The position numbers and the translations under genes were made by a program. A stretch of DNA of 64,000 nt. Source: Armatimonadota bacterium (GTDB lineage: Bacteria > Armatimonadota > HRBIN16). Below the pieces are notes generated by a model. It saw nothing but the letters and a program-made list of their open reading frames with translations. It was not told the DNA's origin and made no database searches. Shown one piece after another: positions 27,380-36,001 of the stretch. The DNA lies in contig OY781964.1 in assembly GCA_963677485.1 (NCBI GenBank), forward strand, positions 4,512,696 through 4,576,695, read 5' to 3'. The first letter of the stretch is position 1; every line of letters begins with the position of its first letter.

Positions 27380-28417
27380 CTATGCTATCTGCACATCGTG
27401 ACCGCCGCGCTGGATATCGCCCAGCAGAACAGCTTGTTCGCCATTGTTGTTTAGGTATTCAATAAAGTAGGGTGCTTGTTCACGCGGCATGATGACCACC
27501 ATTCCGATGCCCATATTGAAGCTGCGGAACATCTCATGATCGGTTATATTGCCTTTTTGCTGAATAAGCCGGTAGATGGCGGGGATTTCCCAACTTCGTC
27601 GGTCAATTACAGCGCGGGTGTCACTGGGCAGCACGCGTGGGATGTTGTCATAGAACCCACCGCCAGTGATGTGCGCCATGGCGTGAATGTCAAACTTGCC
27701 TAATGCCGGGTAAATCGAATTGAGATAGCATCGGTGGGGGGTCAGCAGAACATCACCGATCTCGGCCTCAAGCTCGGGAACATATTCATCTACCTTCATG
27801 CCTGCGTGCTCAAACAGCACATACCGGGCCAGGCTGAAGCCGTTGGTGTGCAGGCCATTGGAGCCCAGCCCAACGATGGCATCCCCAGCTTCCACATTTT
27901 GGCCTGTGATAATGCGTTCGCGTTCTACGATGCCCACGATGTTGCCGGCCAGGTCGTAGTCACCCATGCCGTATAGACCGGGCATCTCCGCCGTTTCGCC
28001 GCCGAGCAATGCCACGCCGTTAGCCTGGCAGGCTTCCGACATTCCGCCGATGATAGCCAGCAGAATTTCGGAGTTCAGCTTGCCGGTGGCGAAGTAGTCC
28101 ATGAAAAAGAGGGGCTTTGCGCCTTGAACCAAAATGTCGTTGATGCAGTGGTTGACAATGTCTTTGCCAACGGAGTCATGCTTGTTGTAATCAATGGCGA
28201 CCTTCAGCTTTGTGCCGACGCCATCGATACTGCTTACTAATACGGGTTGTGTGTAACCCGTTAGGTCAAGCTGAAACATCCCTCCGAAGGATCCCACGCC
28301 GCCCAGCACCCCTGGGGTATTGGTGGCCTTTATCATCTCTTTCATACGCAGCAGCGCGGTGTTCGCCGCATCGATGTCAACTCCCGCCTTTGCGTAGGTG
28401 ATCTGTTCGTCGCTCAT
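27380..28417 (-). CDS. purM: Phosphoribosylformylglycinamidine cyclo-ligase (AIR synthetase)
   Basis: MSDEQITYAKAGVDIDAANTALLRMKEMIKATNTPGVLGGVGSFGGMF is the canonical PurM N-terminus. GGAGGAG Shine-Dalgarno sequence upstream of the ATG at 28417. Confidence 0.9.
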   Translation of the reverse strand: MSDEQITYAKAGVDIDAANTALLRMKEMIKATNTPGVLGGVGSFGGMFQLDLTGYTQPVLVSSIDGVGTKLKVAIDYNKHDSVGKDIVNHCINDILVQGAKPLFFMDYFATGKLNSEILLAIIGGMSEACQANGVALLGGETAEMPGLYGMGDYDLAGNIVGIVERERIITGQNVEAGDAIVGLGSNGLHTNGFSLARYVLFEHAGMKVDEYVPELEAEIGDVLLTPHRCYLNSIYPALGKFDIHAMAHITGGGFYDNIPRVLPSDTRAVIDRRSWEIPAIYRLIQQKGNITDHEMFRSFNMGIGMVVIMPREQAPYFIEYLNNNGEQAVLLGDIQRGGHDVQIA

Positions 28418-28579
28418 GTGGTGGTCTCCTCCCGTGGTGTGTTGCACCAATCCATTATACTGTTTCGTTAGTTGATGGGTCGAATCAAATATATAGACGT
28501 CCAATAGAGATAGGTAGGCGTATTATAAAATAGACCTGTCTACGACGAGTCTGCGATCGTCATCATATAGGGGGCTTCT

Positions 28580-31162
28580 ATGCGACATCGGTTCAGAATA
28601 TTGATTACATTGGTGCTCAGTGTGTTGTTTTCTATGGCACTGGCGAGCCTGTCGGCACAGTCTGCGGTGGCTCCAAAGGTAACTCCGACCGTCGAATCGG
28701 TCTGTCTGGTGGCCCCTGATATCATCGCCATCACCATCCATGATGGCACTGTGAGCCTGGCGAAGCAGACGAAGTATATACCTCAGCCGGACGATAAGAT
28801 CGATAAACAGGGTCTTGCCAGGTGGCTGAGCCGTAAAGGGCAGTTCGTGGGTGCGATCGCAGGTAAAAAAGGTGACGTGCTGATGCCATTCGATACGATG
28901 GTGAAGCCGTCGCTTAAGGATGCAGTGCTTCAGGATAGCCGCAGCTACGCCATCAGTTCGACAAAAGATGGCAACTACCGCAAGCCTGTATCACCCATAA
29001 AGGTATACCGCAAGACTCGGCCCTACAACATGGCGCGAACCAACCCCTGGATGTTTGAAGCCGTGCTGGAGCATATCATCTACCTGAAGATGCCCTCCGC
29101 CGTGAAGGCCGGTAACAGCTATGAAATTAGCTTTCGTTCCCTGCCGCTAGTAAAGAGGTCGTTCAAGCTCGATATAAATCGTCTGGTGAGTGATTCAATC
29201 CATGTGACGCAAATCGGTTTTCGGCCCGATGATCCGGTGAAGATCGGCTTTGTCTCCTGCTGGATGGGCGACGGCGGTGGGCTTGGCTACCGTGCTGGCA
29301 CCCCGTTTCGACTTGTGGATCAAGCGACCGGTCAGACGGTGTTCCACGGGAAAAGCCAACTGTCCAAGCGTGCCACCGACCTGACCGAAGATGCCTATAA
29401 GCGCAACTACAATCTCACAGATGTGTATCAACTCGACTTCTCCTCGTATAATCGTGCTGGCAACTACCGAGTGGTGATAGATGGTCTGGGCTGTTCGCTG
29501 CCCTTCAAAATCGCACCAGATGCGTGGCGTGCTCCGTTCCGCACGTCCGTGCGCGGGTTGTATCATCAGCGGAGCGGGATCAAGCTGGGACCGCCATACA
29601 CCAGCTTCGTCAAACAACGCGACTTTCACCCGGATGACGGTGTGAAGATTCAGATATCTACCACAGCGATTATCGACACCGCCAATGGTCCCATGGGCAA
29701 TGATGCGGAGCCGACGAACTTTGGGCTGCTCGTGAAAGGCGCGACCGACGAGCTGCTGCCAAACGCCTGGGGCGGTTACCATGACGCAGGCGACTGGGAC
29801 AGGAAGGTTCTGCACCTGATCTCGTCGCGGAATCTGCTGGATTTAGTGATGATATATCCCGAGTTCTCGCAAAAATTCAACCTGAACATCCCCGAATCTG
29901 GCGGTAAACTGCCCGATATGCTGGATGAAGCACTTTATGGCTTGGATGTCTACCGGCGGCTTCAAACCCCAGATGGCGGTATTCGTGGCGGCATCGAATC
30001 CGAAGAGCATCCCCAGTATGGCGACACCAGCTGGCAGGAGTCGCTGCGCGTGTTTGCCTATGCACCGGATGCCTGGAGCAGTTACTGGTATGCCGGCACC
30101 GCGGCAAGGGCGGCACTGGCACTGGGTAAGTATGACCCCACGCTGGCGGAGCAGTATCGTGGCAGCGCTCTGCTTGCCATGGAATGGGCGGAGAAGCACC
30201 AGAATGATCCGCCAACCGCCATCGGTCACGTGGGTGCCAGCAAAAAGTGGTTGATCGGGCTGTCGCTTATTGGGCTGATCGTGTTGTTCCTGAAGTATCG
30301 CCGATCTGCAGTTTGCCGACGCAGATGGGTTTATGTGCTGGCCACGCTGTTACTGCTGGTGACATTCCTGAAGGGCATGGGGGCTACGGCAGAACCGCAA
30401 TACCCGGTGGCGCTGCACCGGCAGCATTTGATACGCGACGCCCGTAACTTCGCCGCGGCTGAGTTGTTCCGCCTGACGGGCGACGACCGCTGGAACAAGA
30501 TATTCGTGGACACCACGCAGTTGAACAAGCCAAATTCAGAGTTGCTTCTCTGGCAAAAGCACGACCAGAGCGAGGCCGCGTGGGTTTATGCCCAGATCAC
30601 CCGTTCAGGAGTGGATAAGGCCGTGCAGGCTCGTTGTAAAGAGGCGATTGTCATCGCGGCCAACGAACGCATAGCCACCACTGAGCTGGCTGCCTTCCGA
30701 TGGAGCAAATACATCTGGCGACCGTTTGGGTTTGGCGCACCATCCACGCCCGATGCCACCACCATGATATGGGCTCATCAACTGACCAGGGATCCGAAGT
30801 ATATCACTGGCATGGTGCGTGCGGCACAGTTCGGTGCGGGAGCCAATCCCATGAATATGTGCATGACCACCGGCGTCGGTCTGAAATATCCTAAGAATCC
30901 GCTGCAGGTGGATTCCCGTATTACCAGCCAGACGGCACCAGAAGGGCTGACTGTGGGTGGAGCCATGGATGTGACTTCGGTGGTGTTTGGAGACTGGGCA
31001 AGGAAGCTGCTGAAGCCATACTGCTATCCCGATATCGAGAAGTGGCCATCCGTGGAGTCCTACATGGATGTGTTCTGGAACGCGCTTTTGTGCGAGTTTA
31101 CCATCCACGAGGTGCTCTCACCGAACTTCTACTGCTGGGGTTATTTGGCAGCGCGGAAGTAG
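28580..31162 (+). CDS. Secreted GH9 family glycoside hydrolase (cellulase homolog) with an N-terminal Ig-like domain and an internal ~45-aa hydrophobic insertion
   Basis: Signal MRHRFRILITLVLSVLFSMALASLSAQS. GH9 motifs LYHQRSGIKLGPP (FYEAQRSG-like) and GGYHDAGDWDRKV (WYDAGD). Insertion KKWLIGLSLIGLIVLFLKYRRSAVCRRRWVYVLATLLLLVTFLKG. Confidence 0.7.
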   Translation: MRHRFRILITLVLSVLFSMALASLSAQSAVAPKVTPTVESVCLVAPDIIAITIHDGTVSLAKQTKYIPQPDDKIDKQGLARWLSRKGQFVGAIAGKKGDVLMPFDTMVKPSLKDAVLQDSRSYAISSTKDGNYRKPVSPIKVYRKTRPYNMARTNPWMFEAVLEHIIYLKMPSAVKAGNSYEISFRSLPLVKRSFKLDINRLVSDSIHVTQIGFRPDDPVKIGFVSCWMGDGGGLGYRAGTPFRLVDQATGQTVFHGKSQLSKRATDLTEDAYKRNYNLTDVYQLDFSSYNRAGNYRVVIDGLGCSLPFKIAPDAWRAPFRTSVRGLYHQRSGIKLGPPYTSFVKQRDFHPDDGVKIQISTTAIIDTANGPMGNDAEPTNFGLLVKGATDELLPNAWGGYHDAGDWDRKVLHLISSRNLLDLVMIYPEFSQKFNLNIPESGGKLPDMLDEALYGLDVYRRLQTPDGGIRGGIESEEHPQYGDTSWQESLRVFAYAPDAWSSYWYAGTAARAALALGKYDPTLAEQYRGSALLAMEWAEKHQNDPPTAIGHVGASKKWLIGLSLIGLIVLFLKYRRSAVCRRRWVYVLATLLLLVTFLKGMGATAEPQYPVALHRQHLIRDARNFAAAELFRLTGDDRWNKIFVDTTQLNKPNSELLLWQKHDQSEAAWVYAQITRSGVDKAVQARCKEAIVIAANERIATTELAAFRWSKYIWRPFGFGAPSTPDATTMIWAHQLTRDPKYITGMVRAAQFGAGANPMNMCMTTGVGLKYPKNPLQVDSRITSQTAPEGLTVGGAMDVTSVVFGDWARKLLKPYCYPDIEKWPSVESYMDVFWNALLCEFTIHEVLSPNFYCWGYLAARK

Positions 31163-31238
31163 GCCAGCTACTTACCCATTACTCGACTTTCAGATTAATG
31201 TAACGGTATGTACATTACATAATACGTGCGCTTGGTGG

Positions 31239-31458
31239 TCCGGCACCCACGAAGTGGGTAGCAGTTCTTACAGCCACGGGTAAGCGTAGCGCAACCCGTG
31301 GAAAGCTGGTTTAAACTATCTACCCACGAACGTGGGTCGGTTGCTGTGACCATCAGGTGCGACCCACTTCGGGGTATGACTGATACTGCATGAACCACGG
31401 GTTACGCTGACGCTCACCCGTGGCTATAAGAATCTTACCCACTTCGTGGGTGCCCGGA
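31239..31458. repeat. 220-bp compound palindromic element: terminal 22-bp IRs enclose four CCCAC-N3/4-GTGGG dyads and two CCACGGGT-N12/13-ACCCGTGG hairpins
   Basis: TCCGGCACCCACGAAGTGGGTA (31239..31260) is the exact reverse complement of TACCCACTTCGTGGGTGCCCGGA (31436..31458, allowing 1 nt). Internal hairpins at 31273..31301 and 31394..31423. Confidence 0.8.
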
Positions 31459-31496
31459 AGGTATCTATCCGTCCAATCCGTCCGATTCGCGCAAAA

Positions 31497-31527
31497 CGGC
31501 CCCGCCAGATATAACCTGGCGGGGCCG
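31497..31527 (-). terminator. Rho-independent terminator of the pta/ptb gene
   Basis: Stem CGGCCCCGCCAG / CTGGCGGGGCCG with a 7-nt loop, followed on the minus strand by TTTTGCGC. Confidence 0.6.
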
Positions 31528-31545
31528 ATGGTTTGCCGGTCTGTC

Positions 31546-32442
31546 TTACTTGCTGGCTAACAGCGCAACCGCGATGGAGAGCATCTTCGACTCGGCGGTG
31601 TCGGCGCGGCTGGTGAGAACCACCGGGGCGGCGGCACCCATCAATACGCCGGCGATGCGCTTACCACTGGTGTGAGCAAATATCTTTACCAACGCGTTGC
31701 CCACATGGATATCAGGGCAGACGCAGATGTCCGCTTTACCGGCCACTGGTCCGGTGATGCCCTTCAGCTTGGCGGCCTCTTCGCTCAGGATGTTGTCCAT
31801 CTGGAAGGGGCCATCCACGATGCAGCCCTTGATCTGACCACGGTCAGCCATTTTGGACAGGATGGCGGCGTCCAGTGTGCAGGGCATATCATAGTTGACG
31901 CTCTCCACTGCTGCCAGGATAGCCACCTTGGGCACTTTGACATCAAGTGCTTTCACGAGTGCCACTGCGTTGACGATGAGCTGCTCTTTTTGCTTCAGGT
32001 CGGGGTAGGGCAGCATGGCAGCGTCGGTGACGGTCAGTAGGCGGTCATCCAGCTCCAGAATGAAGGAGTGGGTCATCAGCTTACCTGCGCGCAGTCCGAT
32101 CTCTTTGTCCAGGATGGCGCGGAGCAGGTCGGCGGTGTGGATCTGACCCTTCATGAGAGCTGAGCAGTCGCCGGACTTCACGAGTGCAACGGTGGCTTTA
32201 GCAGCGGCGAGGTCGCTGGGCTGATCAACGATCTGGTCGTCGGCGATTGCGTAACCGATCTCTGCGGCTAAAGCTTTGATCTCCGCTGCTTTACCGACAC
32301 AGATAGGGGTGCAAAGGCCGCCCTCCTGTGCCAGTTTGAGTGCTTCCATGACGGAAAGCTCGTGCGCGCAGCACACCGCGATGCGGTTGCCAGAGAGGCT
32401 TTTAGCCGCAGCTAGAACCTCGTCGAAATTGGTATATGCCAT
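31546..32442 (-). CDS. ptb: Phosphate butyryltransferase / phosphotransacetylase (Pta-Ptb family, short form)
   Basis: MAYTNFDEVLAAAKSLSGNRIAVCCAHELSVMEALKLAQEGG...ILSRADTAESKMLSIAVAL is typical of the ~300-aa phosphate acyltransferase family. Confidence 0.75.
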   Translation of the reverse strand: MAYTNFDEVLAAAKSLSGNRIAVCCAHELSVMEALKLAQEGGLCTPICVGKAAEIKALAAEIGYAIADDQIVDQPSDLAAAKATVALVKSGDCSALMKGQIHTADLLRAILDKEIGLRAGKLMTHSFILELDDRLLTVTDAAMLPYPDLKQKEQLIVNAVALVKALDVKVPKVAILAAVESVNYDMPCTLDAAILSKMADRGQIKGCIVDGPFQMDNILSEEAAKLKGITGPVAGKADICVCPDIHVGNALVKIFAHTSGKRIAGVLMGAAAPVVLTSRADTAESKMLSIAVALLASK

Positions 32443-32533
32443 ATCTTTTTATAGACTCCTTATTCTGCGATGGGGTACATTCCAAAACACAGTGTAGCAC
32501 CGCTATCCAAAGGATGCTACACTGTGATTAAAT

Positions 32534-34264
32534 TCACAAGCTGTTAGGGAATCCGGTGTTGCCACTGAGTGTGATCTCGGACTTCTGCTGAAACTCTCCC
32601 AGATGCAAGCTGGCTTTGCAGCCTTTCGCCTGTTCTGAGAGCACCACGCGGTTACCGGTGATCGTGACGTGGCTGGAGCCATCGATCTCCAATGCATACA
32701 CGCCTCGAGCGACGGTGGGCATGATGCAGGCGTTGCGGATGGTGTTGTTTTTGACGACGGCATTTTCCGTGCCGGAGACCAGGATGCCGATGTTATCGCA
32801 GCCATCGATGGTATTGCCTTCAAACACGATGTTCTTGAACACACCGGGTTTGGGCGGGTTTTTCCAGGAGGGCATGATGGCGTAGCTGCCCAGCACGCAA
32901 TCCATGGGGTGGTAGACGGCGACATTCTTGAATGTGCAGTTGCGCACCGTGACGTTGTGCGGCGCGATCGATTCGTAGAAGGCCACCACTTCATTGAATA
33001 CCCAGATGCCTCCGCCAGTGGAGTGCTCGACATGGCAATCATCAATCGTAGTGTTGCGGTTTTGGATCAGCATCCCGCGGGCGCGGTTGTTCTTCACTGT
33101 GACTCGTCGGATGGTCGCCTTGCAGCCCCGGGTGACATTGCCGAATATGTGGGTGACTTTTACTTCTGAGGGAAGGTCACGGTCGAAAGTGACCTTATAG
33201 ATATTGTCATCCATTACCTCAAACTTCGCGACGGCGGCGGTTCCGTAGGTGATCAGGTCTTCCTGAGTCATGAACTCCATCACATCACCGATATCTGGGT
33301 CGTCACGCATCTTCATATTGTGCTGCGCCAACACGGTTCGGCTGTCGATCATCTCTTTGATGGTCAGGTACAAGCCGGTCTTCAAGTTCACGCCATCGTC
33401 GCCCATACCTTCGAAGTAGCACTTGTCGATGAGGATATTTCCCCGACAACCGCCAAGGTGGATGCCGTCGGTACCAGCGCTTTGGAACTGAGACTCCCCT
33501 GGCCGTGGTTTTACAGTCAAATTGGTGAAGGCGCCATCGGTGCATTTACTGGCGATGAAGGCCATACCTGGCGATTTGTATACTGTGATATTATCCAGCT
33601 TGAGGTCTTTGTTCATATGTGTATAGATGACCACTCCATCATACACATAATGCCTCAGCATCACCCAGTTGCCCACCTTCATCCTGATCGGCACCTTTGT
33701 TAAGCACCTTACCAGTGAAGGACTGAGAACCTGCATCTCAGAGACATTGTAGTAGTCGTCTTTACCGTGTTTCATGGGATGTTTGGTGGTAGGGTCGTAT
33801 TCCATGATCGCCACCACTTTCAGGCCTTGCTTCACGGAATAGCCAGGAAGCAGCTGCACATCGAAGTGGTCGTCCGTCGATTCCATCACCGCTCCCATGC
33901 TGTGGGTAGGGGTGGTATAGTCGATGACCATGTTTTTTAACGTGACATTGGTGCTGCCGGTCACGTTGATGAAATTCATGATGCCATGCAGCATCATTTC
34001 TGAACCCGATCCATCGATCACAAGTCCGTTCATATTCTCAACGCTGAGTACAACACCAGCTTTTGGCCGTTCTGGCTGATAGAAATCATACTTGCCTTTT
34101 TTGAAGACAAGCTGACAGTTACCCTGTTTTTTGCACTCAGCGAGGGCCTTCTGAAAAGCGGGTGTGGCATCTTTGCCGCTGTTGGGCACAGCACCAAACT
34201 GGTTTATGGTGATCACTTTAGGCACTAATGAATCCTCCAGGTTATCATCCGTTATATCTGTCAT
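32534..34264 (-). CDS. Right-handed parallel beta-helix (pectin-lyase fold, Pectate_lyase_3-type N-terminus) putative glycoside hydrolase, paralog 1 of 3. No signal peptide. The start may instead be 34327.
   Basis: INQFGAVPNSGKDATPAFQKALAECKKQGNCQLVFKKGKYDF N-terminal module. Repeated beta-helix coils (NRARGMLIQNRNTTIDDCHVEHSTGGGIWVFNE, GNTIDGCDNIGILVSG). Confidence 0.6.
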   Translation of the reverse strand: MTDITDDNLEDSLVPKVITINQFGAVPNSGKDATPAFQKALAECKKQGNCQLVFKKGKYDFYQPERPKAGVVLSVENMNGLVIDGSGSEMMLHGIMNFINVTGSTNVTLKNMVIDYTTPTHSMGAVMESTDDHFDVQLLPGYSVKQGLKVVAIMEYDPTTKHPMKHGKDDYYNVSEMQVLSPSLVRCLTKVPIRMKVGNWVMLRHYVYDGVVIYTHMNKDLKLDNITVYKSPGMAFIASKCTDGAFTNLTVKPRPGESQFQSAGTDGIHLGGCRGNILIDKCYFEGMGDDGVNLKTGLYLTIKEMIDSRTVLAQHNMKMRDDPDIGDVMEFMTQEDLITYGTAAVAKFEVMDDNIYKVTFDRDLPSEVKVTHIFGNVTRGCKATIRRVTVKNNRARGMLIQNRNTTIDDCHVEHSTGGGIWVFNEVVAFYESIAPHNVTVRNCTFKNVAVYHPMDCVLGSYAIMPSWKNPPKPGVFKNIVFEGNTIDGCDNIGILVSGTENAVVKNNTIRNACIMPTVARGVYALEIDGSSHVTITGNRVVLSEQAKGCKASLHLGEFQQKSEITLSGNTGFPNSL

Positions 34265-34274
34265 GTCCAGCTCA

Positions 34275-35948
34275 CTAGAATCCGTTGTTATCGCGGATAT
34301 CAAGCTTCTCTTTTTGATATGCACCAAGATGGAAGCTGGCCTGGCACTTCTCCGACTGCTGTGATTTCACCGATGTGTTACCAGTGATCTTCACATCACT
34401 GCAGGCCTCTACCTCAAATGCATAGGCGCCGCGAGGGGTTGTCGGCATGATGCAGGCATTGCGTATGGAGTTGTTTTTCACTTCGCCGTCTGTGGTTCCG
34501 GTCACCAGTATGCCGCAGTTATCGCATCCGTCAATCACATTGTTCTCGATCACGATATGCTGGAATACACCCGGCTTCTTGGGTGATTCCCATCGCGGCA
34601 TCATCGCGTAGGTGCCGAGGATGCAGTCTGACGGATGGTATATCCCCACATTGCTGAACTTGCAGTTTCGCACGGTGACATAATGTGGGGCGATGGATTC
34701 AAAGAAGTAAGTCACTTCGTTGAAAATCCAAACGCCACCCATCGTGCAGTGTGCAAACTCACAATCCTCCACCAGGGTGTGGCGGTTTTGAATCAGCATC
34801 CCGCGAGCACGGTTATTCAGAACCTTGACCCTGCGGATCGTGGCATTGCAACAGCGGCTGATATTGCCGATCAGATGGTTTACCGCCATCTGAACGGGCA
34901 TTGTGTGCTCAAAGCTGACCTTAACCATGTTGTCTGGCAGTACTTCCACCTTCGCGACCTTAGTGGAGGCGTAAGTGATCAGATCCTCTTGGTCCATCAA
35001 CTCCACGGTATCACCCACATCAGGGGTATCCAGCATCTTTAGGTTGTGCTGTGCGAGCACGGTTTTGGAATCGACGATCTCTTTCACTGTCAGGTAGAGG
35101 CCCGTCTTGAGGTTGACCCCATCATCCCCCATGCCCTCGAAGTGGCAGTGGTCGAGCAGGATGTCTCCAGAACAGCCGCCGAAATGAATCCCGTCAGCTC
35201 CGGCACTTTGATACTGCGAGGCACCCGGGCGGGGTTTGACGACCAATCGGGTGAATTGGCCCGTGTGACATTTGCCTACCGTAAAGGCCATGCCGGGAGA
35301 GTTATAGACTGTGATGTTATCAAGGCAGATGTTTTTGTTGTCATGAGAGCCAATCACCACGGCATCATACACGTGGTGCCGCAACATGACCCAGTTTCCG
35401 GCCTTCATAATGGTAGGGGTCTTCAACAGGCATCGTACCTGCTGGGGGCCGGTGTGCTGCAACTCCGAAACCTGGTAGTACTCGTCGGCACCGTGTTTCA
35501 CTGGCCGTTTTGTGGCTGGGTCATACTCCATCACAGCGGTGACTTTCGTCTGCCTTGCGACGGGATACTCGGGGTGAACCAGTGCATCGAAGTATGTGGG
35601 GGTGACCGCCGTGATGGTAGCCATGCTGTGCGTCATCTCTTCGTAGTCGACCACCATGTTCTTAATGGTGACCCGTTCACACTTGCCGATACCGATGAAG
35701 TTGCATATGCCATGCAGCATCATCTCAGAACCGGCACCGTCGACCACTAGATCGTTGATGTTATCAAGGGAAGCAATTGGGATGTTAGGCCCAGGGGCTG
35801 GATAGAAGTCATATTTCCCTTTAGCGAACACCAATCTGTTTGCACCAGACTTCTTACACTCAGCGATCGCCTCTCGAAAGGCCGGGGTGGCGTCTTTCCC
35901 ACTGTTGGCAATGGCTCCGAACTGGTTAACGGATATCTTCTTATTCAT
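34275..35948 (-). CDS. Right-handed beta-helix putative glycoside hydrolase, paralog 2 of 3 (no signal peptide)
   Basis: MNKKISVNQFGAIANSGKDATPAFREAIAECKKSG N-terminus. ~55-70% identity to paralogs 1 and 3 across the beta-helix. Confidence 0.6.
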   Translation of the reverse strand: MNKKISVNQFGAIANSGKDATPAFREAIAECKKSGANRLVFAKGKYDFYPAPGPNIPIASLDNINDLVVDGAGSEMMLHGICNFIGIGKCERVTIKNMVVDYEEMTHSMATITAVTPTYFDALVHPEYPVARQTKVTAVMEYDPATKRPVKHGADEYYQVSELQHTGPQQVRCLLKTPTIMKAGNWVMLRHHVYDAVVIGSHDNKNICLDNITVYNSPGMAFTVGKCHTGQFTRLVVKPRPGASQYQSAGADGIHFGGCSGDILLDHCHFEGMGDDGVNLKTGLYLTVKEIVDSKTVLAQHNLKMLDTPDVGDTVELMDQEDLITYASTKVAKVEVLPDNMVKVSFEHTMPVQMAVNHLIGNISRCCNATIRRVKVLNNRARGMLIQNRHTLVEDCEFAHCTMGGVWIFNEVTYFFESIAPHYVTVRNCKFSNVGIYHPSDCILGTYAMMPRWESPKKPGVFQHIVIENNVIDGCDNCGILVTGTTDGEVKNNSIRNACIMPTTPRGAYAFEVEACSDVKITGNTSVKSQQSEKCQASFHLGAYQKEKLDIRDNNGF

Positions 35949-36001
35949 GGCGGGCTCCTCTGTGATGCAGACTATTCACTGCTGTATGGCGACGATGGTT
36001 T

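Noticed and set aside
28525-28545. Dyad TAGAC-CT-GTCTA upstream of the GH9 gene, in the purM/GH9 divergent region
   Set aside because: A single 5-bp half-site dyad in an AT-rich promoter is likely to arise by chance. No second copy was seen in the window.
31239-31458. Possible CRISPR array, given the repeated CCCAC...GTGGG units
   Set aside because: The units are 13-14 bp dyads with irregular spacing and form one large palindrome. There are no regular repeat-spacer periodicity and no cas genes nearby.
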